From Candidatus Woesearchaeota archaeon (GTDB lineage: Archaea > Nanobdellota > Nanobdellia > Woesearchaeales > B29-G15): DNA of 64,000 bases. The notes below the pieces were generated by a model. It was not told the DNA's origin. It made no database searches and saw nothing but the letters and a program-made list of their open reading frames with translations. Where the stretch lies: positions 1,478 to 65,477 of the forward strand of contig JAFCCU010000001.1 in assembly GCA_017610005.1 (NCBI GenBank), in the 5' to 3' direction. The first letter of the stretch is position 1. The number at the start of each line of letters is the position of its first letter. Both the position numbers and the translations under genes were made by a program. Below are positions 1 through 10,103 of this stretch, one piece after another.

Positions 1-627
1 TGTTGCAGTAACAACATTATTAGCACCGAAATCTAATGCAAAGCCGTTTTCATCAAGTACAATTGCACTTGAGTCAATTACATCAGTGCCTTTACTTAAG
101 TCACTAAATGAAATAACAACATTTGCTAAATCAGAATTACCTGTATTAGTAATTGTAATAGTCTTATCCTCTGAATTATCCTGAGTAATTGTAGCAGTAA
201 TTGCAGTAGGATCAACTGTTATTGCAGGAACTTCATTAACTAAAACTTCTAAAACTGCTGTATCTTCAACAGTAGCATCAGAGCCGTTTAGAGTTGCTGT
301 ATAGGTACCTGCATATTGGTTTGTTGGGATAACAACATCAAAGTTGACTGTCTCAACATTCCCTGGAGCAAGTCCAGTTACAGCGCCAATAGTTGGGCCG
401 TTAAAGCTAATTGTGCCATCACTCAACACTGTTGAGGTGAACACAACATTTAGATTTTCTGTTCCTATATTTTGTAGAACGAAGCTTCCTTGAACTGTAG
501 AGCCTGGGTTACCTGTTAAGGCAACAGTGGTCTCTTGGATATTCAAGGCTTTTGCAGCTTCTGCAGCCTGTGCAAAACAGACTACTGCCATTATAATGGC
601 AAAAACCATAAAAAACCGTCTAATCAT
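1..627 (-). CDS. Secreted S-layer-like / Ig-domain surface protein, N-terminal part (runs off the window)
   Basis: Not in ORF track. ATG at 627 with purine-rich AAGGGG upstream. Reads MIRRFFMVFAIIMAVVCFAQAAEA (signal peptide), then Thr/Val/Asn-rich beta repeats (LQNIGTENL, ITNTGNSDL). Open to position 1. Confidence 0.7.
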   Translation of the reverse strand, partial: MIRRFFMVFAIIMAVVCFAQAAEAAKALNIQETTVALTGNPGSTVQGSFVLQNIGTENLNVVFTSTVLSDGTISFNGPTIGAVTGLAPGNVETVNFDVVIPTNQYAGTYTATLNGSDATVEDTAVLEVLVNEVPAITVDPTAITATITQDNSEDKTITITNTGNSDLANVVISFSDLSKGTDVIDSSAIVLDENGFALDFGANNVVTAT

Positions 628-756
628 TTTAATACCCCTTCACTCGTTAATTATTTGATAGTAGTAACTAATCATATTTAAAGGTTATGGTAGGCTATCG
701 TCGTTTAAGGATTTATGTTAAGCTTTTTAATAAAAGTTGTTAAAGCTTCAAATGAT

Positions 757-1770
757 TTAGAATTTATTAATATAATAAATATTTGCAAGTTGACAAAAAC
801 ACATCTTTTTTCTTAATTTCTGCCTGGCATTTTTTGCTTTTTTCCACATTATTTTAAATGAATCTTTCTTTAAATCTCCTAAAACCTGCCCCAAAACTCC
901 ACAAGTAACAACTTTACCATCAGGCATTATTTGACATGATAAAAGCCCAGCATTACATTTAAATCGCTTTTTTTCAAGCAAATTTCTATAATAAGAAAGC
1001 CTTATTGTATTTTTCAAAAAACTTATTCCTCTTTTGCTAAAAAGCTTCCCAGTTTGCTCAAGCACTAAGAATTTTAAAAATCTATCAAGCTTCTTTTTAT
1101 CCATAATAAACTTTTTATCTTTAGTATTTAATTCACTTCTTTGCTGCGCTGTTTCAAAAATATAATCATCAGGCTTTAGTTCATTTACAACATAATCGTA
1201 AATTTTAAAGATATCTTTTAGATTATGGGGAGAAATAACCGTATTAATACTTAATTTAAATCGTTTATCTTTAATGAGTTTTAGTAGTTTTATAGTCTCA
1301 ACAAGTTTTTTTGAAGCGCCTTTCATTCCACGAACTTTATCATGGTCCTCTCCTATTGCATCAACTGATAAATTTAGGATTAATTCATAGTTTCCTTTTG
1401 TTTTCAAAATATTCCTAACTTTTTTATCAATAATTTCTGGCATTGAACCATTGCTTGGAATACAGAGCACCTTTGGCTTATTTATTTTCAAAACTTCTAT
1501 TGCAATTTTATCAATGTCAGGTAGGCAAAATGGTTCTCCCCCTGTTAAAGTTACCCACGCAGCAGAGTTACCAATTTCTTTTATTATCCTAAACCACTCT
1601 TTTGTTTTCAGTTCATTATCATTATTTTTCTTCCAAAGCCCACATGTTTTGCATTTTGAATTACATTTAAAAGAAAGTAAGTACACATAAGAAAATGGTT
1701 TTATGGGAAGATCAATATATTTTTGCAACTTGTATAAAGGACTCTTTAAAATTAACTCTAATCCTTTCAT
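757..1770 (-). CDS. Radical SAM protein with SPASM/twitch-like C-terminus
   Basis: CNSKCKTC (CxxxCxxC), TGGEP, and C-terminal CNAG...PDGKVVTC...CFC. Confidence 0.9.
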   Translation of the reverse strand: MKGLELILKSPLYKLQKYIDLPIKPFSYVYLLSFKCNSKCKTCGLWKKNNDNELKTKEWFRIIKEIGNSAAWVTLTGGEPFCLPDIDKIAIEVLKINKPKVLCIPSNGSMPEIIDKKVRNILKTKGNYELILNLSVDAIGEDHDKVRGMKGASKKLVETIKLLKLIKDKRFKLSINTVISPHNLKDIFKIYDYVVNELKPDDYIFETAQQRSELNTKDKKFIMDKKKLDRFLKFLVLEQTGKLFSKRGISFLKNTIRLSYYRNLLEKKRFKCNAGLLSCQIMPDGKVVTCGVLGQVLGDLKKDSFKIMWKKAKNARQKLRKKMCFCQLANIYYINKF

Positions 1771-1801
1771 AAATTTCTAAAATAAAAGAGAATATAAAAA
1801 G

Positions 1802-2398
1802 TTACCCCTTAGCCAAGACCTCTTCAAGGTTAACAAGATAAGGCTTGAATTTCTCTGCTTCTCTTAAGGGATCTTTAACAAATGGAATATAAAATTCTCC
1901 AATCGAAACAGTTTTTTTACCAGACTTGTATTCGCTTAAGTAACCGACTTTAAACTCAAGTGCCCCATATTCCTCTCCTTCAATTTCAAAATCTACTTTG
2001 CCTTCGGCTTCAGTGAGAAGGTCGTATTCAAAGCCAAAAGATTTAGCTACATTGTTAGTTTGTCTAGCTGGTGTAACAATCTTCTTAGTAGTATCAATTG
2101 TTGTGACTGTGTTAACCTCCTTGTTATGATTTGGATAAACTAAAATTGCTTTAACAGTCTTTGCGATTGAATAAATCCCTAAGGCTACAGCTGTGATTCC
2201 AGGGATTATGCTAAGTGGTACAGAAAAATAATCTCCACTGCCCCATATAGTATAACCATTTAGGAAAAAATAGGTCCATCCGAAGGTACCAAATCCACCA
2301 AAAGCTGCTTTTCCTAAATTGACTAAAACTTCTCTTGGTAATTGTTCTCTTCTTGCCTGAATTGCTTTTTCATTTGGTTTATATGTAAAAATTGCCAT
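1802..2398 (-). CDS. Hypothetical membrane protein (2 TM plus soluble C-domain)
   Basis: 198 aa ORF with two hydrophobic segments near the N-terminus. Confidence 0.65.
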   Translation of the reverse strand: MAIFTYKPNEKAIQARREQLPREVLVNLGKAAFGGFGTFGWTYFFLNGYTIWGSGDYFSVPLSIIPGITAVALGIYSIAKTVKAILVYPNHNKEVNTVTTIDTTKKIVTPARQTNNVAKSFGFEYDLLTEAEGKVDFEIEGEEYGALEFKVGYLSEYKSGKKTVSIGEFYIPFVKDPLREAEKFKPYLVNLEEVLAKG

Positions 2399-2411
2399 TT
2401 TATTTGTTAGG

Positions 2412-2514
2412 AATACCCCCTGCTTGCAGTGGATGGGTGAACATGAGCTACATAAAAATGGGGATTACTAACATTAAAAATACCCCGCAGCTTGCTGCGG
2501 TTGGGATTTTTATT
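2412..2514. repeat. Intergenic palindromic element with two AATACCCC-led stems
   Basis: AATACCCC at 2412 and 2479. Perfect stem CCGCAGC-TT-GCTGCGG at 2485-2500, extended by AAAAAT/ATTTTT. Confidence 0.6.
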
Positions 2515-2607
2515 TCACCAAATAGAATAACACTTTCATTGTTTAATAAGTACTCAAGAAAAAATAATCAAAAATCTAAGAAAAGTAAAAGAATTATAGG
2601 TAAAAGC

Positions 2608-3630
2608 TCACACCCTGACAATTTTTACAACAGGCCAGCTAATTTCAATTTTCCTTCTGTCAAACTCCTTTTTTAGCGCTTTGATAAATTCACTTCGGAC
2701 TTTAAAGCGATCAACGTAGCGTTTAACTCTAAGAATAACTTTAAAATTAATATTAGAGTCTCCAAATTCATTAAATCTTACCTTTGGTTCATAACCTTTT
2801 ATTGTTCCTTCAACATTTTCTTGAATGTTGTTTGCAACAGCTAAAACAACTTTTTCAACTCTGTCTAAATCCTCTCCATAATCTACTCCACATTCAATAA
2901 TGCAAGAAGTTTCCAAGTTAGGAAGCGAATAATTAACAACAATTGAATCAGCTAAGTGGGAATTAGGCACAATAACATAATTGTTTGAAAGTTTCCTTAT
3001 CCTAGTTGTTCTCCATCCAATATCCTCCACATATCCCTTTAAATCAGTCCCAATTTCTACAAAATCTCCTACATTTAATGGTTTGTCTGATAGAATATGG
3101 ATCCCCCCAAAAAGATTAGCAAGGGTATTTTGCAGTGCAAGCCCAATTGCAAGCCCACCTATCCCTAATGTTGCAATTAAGGGGGTAATTTTAATATTGA
3201 AATAGTCTAAGATGATTAAAATTCCAATAATATAAACAATTACAGAGAGTACATTGCTCGTTAATTTAGGCGTAGAATCATACTTCCCCTTAAAATGCAG
3301 CCAATGTTTCATAAGTGTTCTAAACACTTTTGAAATAACTGTTGAAGCAACTAAAACATACCACACAAAAAATGCCTTATTAACATATAAGGTATAAGGC
3401 GCCAATTCTGTAAGGAGATTTAGAGATATCTGCACGCCAATAGAAATTACTAGCGTATAAAACGGTCTTGTTAAAATCAATAATAAATCATCATCGAGGG
3501 TGTTTTTAGTTTTTTTAACTAACTTATGAATGTAAACACTGAGAATAAAATGAAGTATTCTTGCTAAAATTAATGAACCAAAAATAATTACTGCTGATAA
3601 AATATATTCCTCTTGTGCGATTTTAACCAC
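2608..3630 (-). CDS. mscS: Small-conductance mechanosensitive channel
   Basis: GIGGLAIGLALQNTLANLFGG, VGDFVEI, IGWRTTRIR, VPNS, FGDSNINF motifs. Confidence 0.95.
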   Translation of the reverse strand: MVKIAQEEYILSAVIIFGSLILARILHFILSVYIHKLVKKTKNTLDDDLLLILTRPFYTLVISIGVQISLNLLTELAPYTLYVNKAFFVWYVLVASTVISKVFRTLMKHWLHFKGKYDSTPKLTSNVLSVIVYIIGILIILDYFNIKITPLIATLGIGGLAIGLALQNTLANLFGGIHILSDKPLNVGDFVEIGTDLKGYVEDIGWRTTRIRKLSNNYVIVPNSHLADSIVVNYSLPNLETSCIIECGVDYGEDLDRVEKVVLAVANNIQENVEGTIKGYEPKVRFNEFGDSNINFKVILRVKRYVDRFKVRSEFIKALKKEFDRRKIEISWPVVKIVRV

Positions 3631-3690
3631 CCTTTTTTAATAAAATAAACATCTGCTATTTAAAAAATTTACCATTAATATCAAACCCCT

Positions 3691-4884
3691 CTACTCATCC
3701 ATCACATTGGGAAATTTCTTCAAATATGTTCTTAATACAAACGGAAAGATAAATGTAGATACTATTGCAACAAGTACCAGTGAGGAATAAATTGAAGGAG
3801 TAATAATTCCTGCTTCTCTTGCAACTTCAGCAATAATTAATTCAATTGCACCTCGAGAGTTCATTCCCCAACCAATAATATAAGTCTGAATCCAGGATAA
3901 TTTTGTAAATGGTTTTGTTAATAATAATCCAAATAAATTACCAATAATTCCGACACATAAAATTATTAAAAAAAATAAAGGGCTTTGCATTAAGGATTCT
4001 CCATCAAAATTCATCCCAATATTTATAAAAAAGAAAGGGATTACTATTGCAAACCCAAAATCACGAATTTCTTTAATAATTTTCTTTTTAACTTTTTTAT
4101 CTTTAATTAGCCTTTGAACGATTATCCCTGCAATAAATGCTCCAACAATTGGACCAAGACCTAAGTAAACTGATGTTGAAGCAATAATCAAAAATAAAAC
4201 AATAATTAATGAAAGGGAACTAACTTGAGTATGTCTAGCAAAGTAATGTTTAATCATTCTAGGAAGTAAAACCTTGGAAAGAATTACAATTAAACAGATA
4301 AATAATCCAACCCTAAGGGGTAATAATTGTAACTCTGTTAAGGCTGTTTGAAAAGAAAAACCCCTTGAAGCAAAAACAACAATGACTGATAAGAACATTA
4401 CACCAAGGGCATCATCTAAAATCGCAGCGCCTAACATAATTGTTCCAAGTTTTGATTTTAACTTATTAAATTCCATCAAAATTATTGCTTTAGAACCTTC
4501 AGAAGTAATAGACAATGCGGCTCCAACAGTAAAAGCGACAAATCCATCATATCCCATTAGCCTCATTACTGTAAACCCCATTGCAAATGGAACGATAGCT
4601 GAAAAAAGTGCAATTAATCCTTCTTCATATTTTGACTTTCTTAATTCAAATAAATCCACTTCAAGTCCAGTTATAAAAAGTAAAAATACTATCCCAATAT
4701 TAGAGAAAAAATATATCAGGTCAAAACCCATATGGGACCCAATAAAATTATGCAATGGTTCAAAAGTTAAAATAAACCCAGTTACAATAAACCCAATCAC
4801 AATTGAAATTTTAAACTGGTTAAATATCTCTGCCATTATGAGGGCAAGTCCTAAGCAAAGAGTAATTACTAATAATGGCTCCAT
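3691..4884 (-). CDS. Cation:proton antiporter (CPA2 / NapA-Kef family)
   Basis: About 12 TM segments; GLEVD, AAILDD, GAFIAG, PFFF and RGAIEL motifs. Confidence 0.9.
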   Translation of the reverse strand: MEPLLVITLCLGLALIMAEIFNQFKISIVIGFIVTGFILTFEPLHNFIGSHMGFDLIYFFSNIGIVFLLFITGLEVDLFELRKSKYEEGLIALFSAIVPFAMGFTVMRLMGYDGFVAFTVGAALSITSEGSKAIILMEFNKLKSKLGTIMLGAAILDDALGVMFLSVIVVFASRGFSFQTALTELQLLPLRVGLFICLIVILSKVLLPRMIKHYFARHTQVSSLSLIIVLFLIIASTSVYLGLGPIVGAFIAGIIVQRLIKDKKVKKKIIKEIRDFGFAIVIPFFFINIGMNFDGESLMQSPLFFLIILCVGIIGNLFGLLLTKPFTKLSWIQTYIIGWGMNSRGAIELIIAEVAREAGIITPSIYSSLVLVAIVSTFIFPFVLRTYLKKFPNVMDE

Positions 4885-4959
4885 CGTGAATTAGATTAGA
4901 GAGTAAAGGGTATTTAAATTTTGCTTAGCTTCATAAAATCCTTTTCATTAACATTTATT

Positions 4960-5405
4960 ATGGCTGTGGAAATTCGGCAGGCAAAACTTGAAGATATTAC
5001 TACTCTATCTGCTTTAGCTTTAACTATTTGGAATCAATATTCTAGTAAGATTAAGAAAAATCTTCCTGTTGTGGAAACTGACTGGGTTGCAAGACATACT
5101 AAGGAGTTGCAAGAAAAATTAATCCTTGTTGCTTATAATCAGGGATCAATGGTGGGATACTTAAAAGGTACTCCTCCAGTTAAAAATGAGATGGTTACAA
5201 TTGAGTATGTTGGGGTAGACCCACAATTCCAGAAGAGAGGTATTGGTACATTTCTTGCTAAGTCTTATGTTGAAAGGGCAATGGTGCATCTCCAATTTTA
5301 ATTACTGCTCCAGAGGATAACCCCTTCTTAAGAAGAGTATTATCAAAAGTGGGATTTTGGAATGATGAGTTCAGCGATACTTTTACTTTCACCCCCAAGG
5401 GTTAG
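4960..5405 (+). pseudogene. GNAT acetyltransferase interrupted by a frameshift near 5280
   Basis: ATG 4960 with motif A VDPQFQKRGIG. Frame stops at 5301, but the -1 frame continues NGASPILITAPEDNPFLRRVLSKVGF...PKG* to 5405, which supplies the GNAT C-terminal motif. Confidence 0.7.
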
Positions 5406-5436
5406 TTTTAAAAGTAATGATGTTTTTTGAATTCTT

Positions 5437-5868
5437 ATGATATTAGAAATTGAACAGTTGCAGAGATCAGATTTAAGTAGTGAGCTTGAGGCTATTTGGA
5501 GACTCGGGAATTTTAGAGGAAGAAATCATCAAAAATTACAAAGAATAGATTTATTGAGCGAATTTTTAGATAAAAATTCTATTTTTTTTGCAAGGGTAGA
5601 TGGAGAAACTATCGGATATTTAGAAGGGAGTTTAGTTGATGGAGAGAATATTCCTATGCTTGGGAGAGTTTATGTAGAAAGTCAGTATAGGAGAGGAAAC
5701 ATTGGAATAGAGTTAGTCCAGGCCTACGAGCAGTTAGCTGAAACTAATCATCCAAGTGTGAGGGCTAGGTGTCATGGAGATGCAATTAAAGCCCTTTATG
5801 AAAAATTAGATTACAATCATGAGGGTAGTTTTGCAGGGGTCCTACATCTTTTCAATAGGAATTTGTAG
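5437..5868 (+). CDS. GNAT family acetyltransferase
   Basis: VYVESQYRRGNIG (motif A) and ALYEKLDY. Confidence 0.85.
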   Translation: MILEIEQLQRSDLSSELEAIWRLGNFRGRNHQKLQRIDLLSEFLDKNSIFFARVDGETIGYLEGSLVDGENIPMLGRVYVESQYRRGNIGIELVQAYEQLAETNHPSVRARCHGDAIKALYEKLDYNHEGSFAGVLHLFNRNL

Positions 5869-5882
5869 TTAAATAAATTATT

Positions 5883-6167
5883 TTAACTTGTTTTTCTTGG
5901 CACAAACACTTTTTGTGATGAAAACGCTTTGTAAACACCTTCTAAAACATCTGTTCCAGCATAGCCCGCTAATAATGCCATTCTATAATCAAATGAAAAA
6001 ATAACCCCAGTAAAAGAACCAACAATCATTGCAATAGCGATAGTTATTCCCCAATAATCCCAAAGAATTTTCTTCTTTTTTGAAATTGCCTTAAAAAGTC
6101 CTAGTACTCCTCTTGTTAGTCCGCCTAATGCACCAAGTGCTGCAGAAAAAATAATCGGATGAATCAT
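5883..6167 (-). CDS. Small membrane protein (about 3 TM)
   Basis: Gly-rich hydrophobic helices GALGGLTRG and LLAGYAGTDVLE. Confidence 0.7.
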   Translation of the reverse strand: MIHPIIFSAALGALGGLTRGVLGLFKAISKKKKILWDYWGITIAIAMIVGSFTGVIFSFDYRMALLAGYAGTDVLEGVYKAFSSQKVFVPRKTS

Positions 6168-6340
6168 AATGTAAACGCCTCTTCAAAGTTAGTCTCGCCC
6201 CATTCATCCTGGTGATTTAAGGCATATTCTGCAAGAATATTAATAATTACTGTTTCAACTGATTTTAATTCTGCCTTTGCAATACTAGCTAATTCTTCTA
6301 AAAGCTCTTCTGGGATTTGTAAATTAATTTTTTCAGTCAT
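6164..6340 (-). CDS. Ribbon-helix-helix (CopG/Arc-like) DNA-binding protein, 58 aa
   Basis: Below ORF-track cutoff. MTEKINLQIPEELLEELASIAKAELKSVETVIINILAEY fits an RHH pattern. Stop overlaps the next ATG (ATGA). Confidence 0.7.
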   Translation of the reverse strand: MTEKINLQIPEELLEELASIAKAELKSVETVIINILAEYALNHQDEWGETNFEEAFTL

Positions 6341-6394
6341 AAAAGAAAAGCATAATGGGCTTTTAAAAGTTTATTTTAACTTTTTCCGGAAGAA

Positions 6395-6745
6395 TTACAA
6401 ACTTTTTTCAATCATTTCAATTCCACGAATTTGTCTATGCACTAATTTTGAGACCTTACGAAGTCTGCTTCTAATATCATCAAGCATCTCTTTTTCTTGA
6501 TGTAAAATTCTATGTTCGCGGTGCATTATTTCTTTACCCTTCTTAACTCTTTCAACTTTTCTCATATGTTCAAGGGCTTGAATCTCTTTTCTTAATCGGT
6601 CTTCACGATGTTGAAAATTAAAAAATGTAGACACATCTTGAGAAACTTTTCTCTCAATATTTAGAATTTCACCATATAAATCTCTAATATGCTTCAAAGA
6701 ATGATTAATCCTCTCTTCAGGATCCTTATTGCCAAATAAACCCAT
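6395..6745 (-). CDS. Hypothetical coiled-coil protein
   Basis: 116 aa charged helical ORF with TATA-like TTTATAAA about 25 nt upstream. Confidence 0.65.
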   Translation of the reverse strand: MGLFGNKDPEERINHSLKHIRDLYGEILNIERKVSQDVSTFFNFQHREDRLRKEIQALEHMRKVERVKKGKEIMHREHRILHQEKEMLDDIRSRLRKVSKLVHRQIRGIEMIEKSL

Positions 6746-6893
6746 GTATCAAAATTTGTTTTGGCATTTATAAATCCTTTGTTCTAAACGGAAAGATCCG
6801 TTTAATCAATCTAGAGGTCTCTCCTTGCTCGAGCCCCTTAATCTCTAGACTCTCTATCCCTATAAGGTTTAAGGTATATGGGAGTGTTTTTCA

Positions 6894-7096
6894 CTTCAGA
6901 CTTCTAACTTCAAACTTCAGACTTCTAACTTCAGACTTCTAACTTCAAACTTCTAACTTCAAACTTCTAACTTCAAACTTCTAACTTCAGACTTCTAACT
7001 TCAGACTTCTAACTTCAGACTTCTAACTTCAAACTTCTAACTTCAAACTTCTAACTTCAGACTTCTAACTTCAAACTTCTAACTTCAGACTTCTAA
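6894..7096. repeat. Heptamer tandem array, 29 units of CTTCTAA / CTTCAGA / CTTCAAA
   Basis: Read directly; mostly CTTCTAA alternating with CTTCA(A/G)A (14-bp higher-order period). Begins 5 bp past the cdc48 stop. Confidence 0.98.
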
Positions 7097-7101
7097 CTAT
7101 T

Positions 7102-9393
7102 CTACCCCCAATAAGAAGGCTTCTCTTCTTCCATCTCTTTGGCTCGAGTTCTTTTAAATTCCTTTTGAATCTTCTCGTAGGCCTTTTCAATTTCTTCAGT
7201 AACAGAAGGGTGAACTATTTCCATTGCAGCGTCAAAATGCTTCTTTAAAACTTCTTCTGCTTTAATGTTTTCACGCAAGGCTAAGATCCCCGCTTCGCGG
7301 CATAAGGCTTCAAGATCTGCACCTACAAATCCCTTAGTTTCTTTAGCTAGCTCAGTTAGGCTAATTCCTTTAAGGGGCATTTTTTCAGTGTGGATCTTTA
7401 GGATTTGTTCTCTTGATTTTTCATCTGGACTTGGGCATAAAATTATTCTATCAAACCTTCCAGGTCTCAAAATAGCCGTATCAAGTCTGTCTGGTCGGTT
7501 TGTGGCAGCAAGTACAATAACATCGTGAAGCTCAATCATCCCGTCCATTTCAGTAAGCATTTGATTAACAACTCTTTCAGTTACTCCAGAATCACTGGAG
7601 TTAGCCCCTCTTCGTTGAGCAATTGAATCAATTTCATCAAAGAAGATTACGCTGGGACTTGCCTGTCTGGCTTTTTTGAAAATTTCTCTAATCCCTTTTT
7701 CGCTTTCTCCAACCCATTTGGAAATTAATTCAGGACCTTTGACTAAAATAAAATTGGCATTGCTTTCTTTAGCAACTGCCTTAGCCATCATTGTTTTTCC
7801 AGTCCCTGGAGCCCCATAAAGTAAGATTCCTTTAGGAGGTTTAATTCCAAGCCTTGCAAATGCTTCGGGATGTTTAAATGGCCACTCAACAGCTTCTTTT
7901 AACTGTTGCTTGACATTTTCTAATCCTCCAATCTGTTCCCAGCTAACATTGGGTTTTTCAATTAATACCTCCCTTAATGCTGAGGGTCTAACAAATTTTA
8001 ATGCATTGACAAAATCGTCATGCTTTATTTGAAGCTTTTCAAGCAGTTCTTTTGGAACTGTTTCATCCTCTTTTGTCTTTATGTCAGGTAAAATTCGTCT
8101 AAGTACAATCATTGCTGTTTCTCTTGCAAGTGCCGCCAAATCTGCACCTACAAACCCATGAGTAATGTCTGCTAGGCTGTTTAAGTTAACTTCTTTAGAC
8201 AAAGGCATGTTTCTTGTGTGAATTTTTAAAATATTTAATCTGCCTTCTTTTTTTGGCACACCAATTTCAAGCTCTCTATCAAATCTGCCTGGCCTTCTAA
8301 GAGCAGGATCAAGTTGATTGGGAATATTTGTAGCCGCAATTACAACTAATTTTCCTCTACTTTTTAACCCATCCATTAATGCCAGTAATTGAGCAACAAC
8401 CCTTCTTTCAACTTCTCCTTTACTATCTTCTCTTTTTGGAGCAATTGCATCAATCTCATCAATAAAAATAATACTTGGTGCATTTTTTTCAGCTTCTTCA
8501 AATTTCTTCCTTAAGTTTTCTTCAGATTGCCCATAATACTTGCTCATGATTTCCGGACCATTTATCACAATGAAATTTGATTGTGTTTCATTGGCAACAG
8601 CTTTAGCAAGCAAAGTTTTTCCAGTCCCTGGAGGTCCATGCAAAAGCACTCCCTTAGGTGGCTCTATTCCAAGCCTTTCGAAGAGTTCAGGATGTTTTAA
8701 TGGAAGTTCAACCATCTCTCTGATTTTTTCAATCTCATCACTAAGCCCCCCAATATCTTCATAAGATACTTCCATTATCTCTGCTTCTTCAACAACTTCA
8801 ACAGCTTTTGGACTAATCTCTAGTTCTGTTGAATCTGAAATAACTACTGCTCCTTTTTTTGGTTGAACATCAACGATTACAAATTTTAGGTCTCCAAATC
8901 CAAATCCAAGCATACTATCATCCATCATCTTAAAAATATCATTATACATAGGAATTCCAGACATTGCACTTCTCCTTCTGCCAGATCCCCCTAAACCAAC
9001 AATATCTCCTTTCATTACAGCTCTTCCCAAAAGGCCTTGTTTAAAGATGGTGGGTGATGCTCTTACTCTAATATCCTTTCTTGCAGGAGCAACAATAATC
9101 TTTTTTGCAACTTCCACAACCGCTTTTTTCACAGTTACAATTTCACTAATCCCTGTTTTAGCATTTCTTCTGGTTATTCCGTCCATTCGAATTACATTTA
9201 AACCAATGTCTCCAGGATAGGCCCTATCAACTATCCCTACAGTTTCTCTTTCTCCAATAACCTGGACAATATCACCTGGAAGTAAGCCAATTTTTCTCAT
9301 AAAAGAAGAATCTATTCTGACAATTCCTTTATTAACATCATCTTGGATTGCCTCAATAACTTTTAACCGTAATTCATTAACCATGAAAACCAC
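7102..9393 (-). CDS. cdc48: CDC48/VCP family AAA+ ATPase (probable start ATG 9384)
   Basis: N-domain plus two AAA modules ([13 protein letters not shown] and [13 protein letters not shown]) with RPGRFDR arginine fingers. Confidence 0.97.
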   Translation of the reverse strand: MVFMVNELRLKVIEAIQDDVNKGIVRIDSSFMRKIGLLPGDIVQVIGERETVGIVDRAYPGDIGLNVIRMDGITRRNAKTGISEIVTVKKAVVEVAKKIIVAPARKDIRVRASPTIFKQGLLGRAVMKGDIVGLGGSGRRRSAMSGIPMYNDIFKMMDDSMLGFGFGDLKFVIVDVQPKKGAVVISDSTELEISPKAVEVVEEAEIMEVSYEDIGGLSDEIEKIREMVELPLKHPELFERLGIEPPKGVLLHGPPGTGKTLLAKAVANETQSNFIVINGPEIMSKYYGQSEENLRKKFEEAEKNAPSIIFIDEIDAIAPKREDSKGEVERRVVAQLLALMDGLKSRGKLVVIAATNIPNQLDPALRRPGRFDRELEIGVPKKEGRLNILKIHTRNMPLSKEVNLNSLADITHGFVGADLAALARETAMIVLRRILPDIKTKEDETVPKELLEKLQIKHDDFVNALKFVRPSALREVLIEKPNVSWEQIGGLENVKQQLKEAVEWPFKHPEAFARLGIKPPKGILLYGAPGTGKTMMAKAVAKESNANFILVKGPELISKWVGESEKGIREIFKKARQASPSVIFFDEIDSIAQRRGANSSDSGVTERVVNQMLTEMDGMIELHDVIVLAATNRPDRLDTAILRPGRFDRIILCPSPDEKSREQILKIHTEKMPLKGISLTELAKETKGFVGADLEALCREAGILALRENIKAEEVLKKHFDAAMEIVHPSVTEEIEKAYEKIQKEFKRTRAKEMEEEKPSYWG

Positions 9394-9396
9394 CTA

Positions 9397-9419
9397 TCTG
9401 TTGATTTAAGATCAACAGA
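9397..9419. promoter_or_regulatory. Inverted repeat (putative operator) between the cdc48 TATA box and start
   Basis: TCTGTTGAT-N5-ATCAACAGA. Minus-strand AAAGTATTTAAA TATA-like element at about 9429-9440. Confidence 0.55.
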
Positions 9420-9459
9420 CTGTTATCATTTAAATACTTTACGTAAGTGTAGAATATAG

Positions 9460-9696
9460 TTATCTTCTTTGTATTATTATTGGCCGTGATCTTTCTTGGT
9501 CCATTGCTATTTGCACTGCGAGTCTGCCCATTTCTTGACCATGGAGTTCTCCCTCTCGAAATGCTATTGGATCCATGCGTTGAAGTTGCAAATCCGCTAA
9601 TCTGTTTGCAAGTGGAACATCCACACCATTAGCACATTCATACCCAACTTTTTCTCCTGCTCTTGATGCTGGTCCTAATGAAACATAATTTGTCAT
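9460..9696 (-). CDS. Small hypothetical protein
   Basis: 78 aa ORF preceded by GGAGGA Shine-Dalgarno. Confidence 0.6.
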   Translation of the reverse strand: MTNYVSLGPASRAGEKVGYECANGVDVPLANRLADLQLQRMDPIAFREGELHGQEMGRLAVQIAMDQERSRPIIIQRR

Positions 9697-9856
9697 TTTA
9701 TTCCTCCTTAATTTTTTATCATCTGTTATAAGAAATGGATATGTAAATTTATTATATAAGTTTGTGCTGTTGTGATTAGTGCAACAGTAAACTTTTATAT
9801 TTAATCTTTAAGATAAAATCTTGCTATTAGGGCTGCTTCCCTATCTATTGCTTCAT

Positions 9857-10042
9857 TTAATACGCTATGAGATGCACCTTTTTACCTGCAAGAAAAAGCC
9901 CAGGGATCTCTGTTTCTACAGTTATCCACTCTACCTTAATTTGCTCAACTAGGGGGCTAGGAATCCCCCTCAATTCAAAAGATTCAGCTTGACCTTCTGG
10001 AGACCAATAAGGTCTATTTGGATGCATAGAATCATAAGGCAT
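9857..10042 (-). CDS. Small hypothetical protein
   Basis: 61 aa ORF, co-oriented with its neighbours. Confidence 0.4.
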   Translation of the reverse strand: MPYDSMHPNRPYWSPEGQAESFELRGIPSPLVEQIKVEWITVETEIPGLFLAGKKVHLIAY

Positions 10043-10103
10043 TTTGGTAGGGCAGGCATTTTAATTAATAAGGTTTAAACTTATTTATAAACTTATTTGA
10101 ATA

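Noticed and set aside
6785-6884. Hairpins between the heptamer array and the 116-aa gene (TAAACGGA-AAGA-TCCGTTTA etc.) as an ncRNA
   Set aside because: The stems are short, resemble no family I recognise, and could be terminator or operator sequence; support is insufficient.
6894-7096. Possible CRISPR array
   Set aside because: Period is 7/14 bp with no unique spacers and no cas operon.
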